Assembly: GCF_054482595.1 (NCBI RefSeq)
Contig: NZ_CM137008.1
Strand: one strand, 5' to 3'
DNA length: 64,000 nucleotides
A program made the position numbers and the translations under genes. Below the pieces are notes generated by a model. The model was not told the DNA's origin. It searched no databases and worked only from the letters and a program-made list of their open reading frames with translations. Each line of letters starts with the position of its first letter. Position 1 is the stretch's first letter. Below, one piece after another: positions 62,242 to 64,000 of the stretch.

Positions 62242-63432
62242 GTGACCACCCGACAGCATTCGTCGTTTGCTATTGTTTTTATCCTTGGCCTGCTGGCCAT
62301 GTTGATGCCGCTGTCGATTGATATGTATCTGCCCGCGCTACCGGTAATTTCAGCGCAGTTTGGCGTACCGGCGGGCAGTACGCAGATGACCCTCAGTACT
62401 TATATTCTGGGCTTTGCGTTGGGGCAGTTAATCTACGGGCCGATGGCAGACAGCTTCGGGCGTAAGCCGGTGGTTCTTGGCGGTACGCTGGTGTTTGCCG
62501 CCGCCGCGGTGGCGTGTGCGTTGGCACAAACCATCGATCAGCTGATTGTGATGCGTTTCTTCCACGGGCTGGCGGCGGCTGCGGCCAGCGTGGTTATCAA
62601 CGCTTTGATGCGTGATATCTACCCGAAAGAAGAGTTCTCGCGGATGATGTCGTTTGTCATGCTGGTGACAACCATTGCACCGCTGATGGCACCGATAGTT
62701 GGCGGCTGGGTGCTGGTGTGGCTGAGCTGGCATTACATCTTCTGGATCCTCGCCGTGGCGGCGATTCTGGCTTCGGCAATGATCTTCTTTCTGATCAAAG
62801 AAACCTTACCACCGGAGCGTCGCCAGCCTTTTCACATTCGTACCACTATTGGTAACTTTGCGGCGCTGTTCCGTCATAAGCGTGTCCTGAGTTATATGCT
62901 GGCCAGTGGTTTCAGCTTTGCCGGGATGTTCTCGTTCTTAAGCGCCGGACCGTTTGTCTACATTGAAATTAACCACGTCGCGCCGGAAAACTTTGGTTAT
63001 TACTTTGCACTAAACATTGTTTTCCTGTTCGTGATGACCATTTTTAACAGCCGCTTCGTCCGCCGCATTGGCGCGTTAAATATGTTCCGCTCGGGGTTGT
63101 GGATACAATTTATTATGGCAGCGTGGATGGTCATCAGTGCGCTGCTGGGGCTGGGATTTTGGTCGCTGGTGGTTGGCGTTGCGGCGTTTGTGGGCTGCGT
63201 GTCGATGGTGTCATCCAATGCGATGGCGGTCATTCTTGATGAGTTTCCCCATATGGCGGGAACGGCATCTTCGCTGGCAGGAACCTTCCGTTTTGGCATA
63301 GGGGCAATTGTTGGCGCATTGCTTTCTCTTGCGACCTTTAACTCTGCATGGCCGATGATTTGGTCAATTGCATTCTGCGCAACCAGCTCCATTCTCTTCT
63401 GTCTGTACGCCAGTCGGCCGAAAAAACGGTGA
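62242..63432 (+). CDS. bcr: MFS bicyclomycin/multidrug efflux transporter Bcr
   Basis: The 396-aa ORF has a GTG start and is a 12-TM MFS protein. Confidence 0.94.
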   Translation: MTTRQHSSFAIVFILGLLAMLMPLSIDMYLPALPVISAQFGVPAGSTQMTLSTYILGFALGQLIYGPMADSFGRKPVVLGGTLVFAAAAVACALAQTIDQLIVMRFFHGLAAAAASVVINALMRDIYPKEEFSRMMSFVMLVTTIAPLMAPIVGGWVLVWLSWHYIFWILAVAAILASAMIFFLIKETLPPERRQPFHIRTTIGNFAALFRHKRVLSYMLASGFSFAGMFSFLSAGPFVYIEINHVAPENFGYYFALNIVFLFVMTIFNSRFVRRIGALNMFRSGLWIQFIMAAWMVISALLGLGFWSLVVGVAAFVGCVSMVSSNAMAVILDEFPHMAGTASSLAGTFRFGIGAIVGALLSLATFNSAWPMIWSIAFCATSSILFCLYASRPKKR

Positions 63433-63764
63433 TCTATTGCACAACGAGGAAGCTAAAAGGCTTCCTTTGTTGATGCATGTCAACCACAAATCTATCATTC
63501 CCCCGATATATGTTTATTTTATGTAAAATCAATTTATGTAAAAAGTCACATCATTGTAGTTAAAAAGGTTGAGTTAGATCGCAGAAACGGGTACATATAG
63601 CCCCGCAAACGTGACCACGCCCGCAGATATTACTTAAATCAGAGCCATAGAGGCCACGCAGGCGAGGCATCAATCTTTACGATCTGTATAAAGACGGATT
63701 GTTGATGATGTGTTAAAATTGATGTAAACAAATTGTGAAGTAAATGTACTTCCGGGGAAAATAA

Positions 63765-64000
63765 GTGACTTCATTACAACTCTCAATCGTCCATCGACTG
63801 CCGCAGAACTATCGCTGGTCTGCTGGTTTCGCAGGTTCGAAGGTTGAACCGATTCCGCAAAATGGACCGTGCGGTGACAACAGCCTGGTGGCGCTTAAAT
63901 TGCTTAGCCCGGATGGTGATAATGCATGGTCGGTGATGTACAAACTAAGCCAGGCGTTAAGCGACATCGAAGTTCCATGTTCGGTGCTGGAGTGTGAAGG
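63765..64000 (+). CDS. yejG: YejG (partial, runs off the window end)
   Basis: A GTG start gives [33 protein letters not shown]. The frame is still open at 64000. Confidence 0.8.
   Translation, partial: MTSLQLSIVHRLPQNYRWSAGFAGSKVEPIPQNGPCGDNSLVALKLLSPDGDNAWSVMYKLSQALSDIEVPCSVLECE

Overview
This window is an Escherichia coli-type chromosomal segment interrupted by a prophage. The left host part is napFDAGHBC, ccmABCDEFGH, narP and an intact yejO autotransporter. The right host part is proL, yejM, yejL, yejK, rplY, yejH/radD, rsuA, bcr and the start of yejG. A prophage of about 39.5 kb is integrated into the 3' end of tRNA-Pro(GGG) proL. It is bounded by a 57-bp direct repeat at 16229-16285 and 55706-55762. 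The prophage is a mosaic of the e14/SfV type. It has a tyrosine integrase and Xis, a CI/Cro switch and YmfL/YmfM-like genes. It has an O-like replication gene with internal iterons, RusA, a KilA-N protein, a DUF968 protein and antiterminator Q. The lysis cassette is lambda-like (holin, R, Rz/Rz1, bor). Packaging and head genes are HNH plus P27-type terminase and an HK97-type head. The tail is a Mu-like contractile tail and baseplate. An invertible tail-fibre segment follows, and its Pin-type invertase is truncated. Five visibly AT-rich accessory islands, mostly transcribed against the phage backbone, are the most interesting content. (1) 16655-18406 encodes a 583-aa protein with a C-terminal HEPN RNAEAH motif, next to attL and int. 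(2) 20921-21702 is a small operon encoding a 164-aa two-TM protein flanked by three short ORFs. Their proline-rich peptides all share an H-[VI]-P-(P-basic-P)n tail. This operon is preceded by a GC-rich hairpin cluster. (3) 28108-30310 is a two-gene cassette wedged between Q and the late-leader terminator and holin. It encodes a YejK/NdpA-like nucleoid-associated-protein homologue plus a 395-aa protein with C-terminal TM helices. (4) 45010-45456 encodes a membrane-anchored OB-fold moron inside the tail module. (5) 52981-54870 encodes a DUF262/DUF1524 (GmrSD-like) nuclease at the position where e14 carries mcrA. I rank islands 2 and 3 as the best candidates for an undescribed system and island 1 next. 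No CRISPR array or rRNA was seen.
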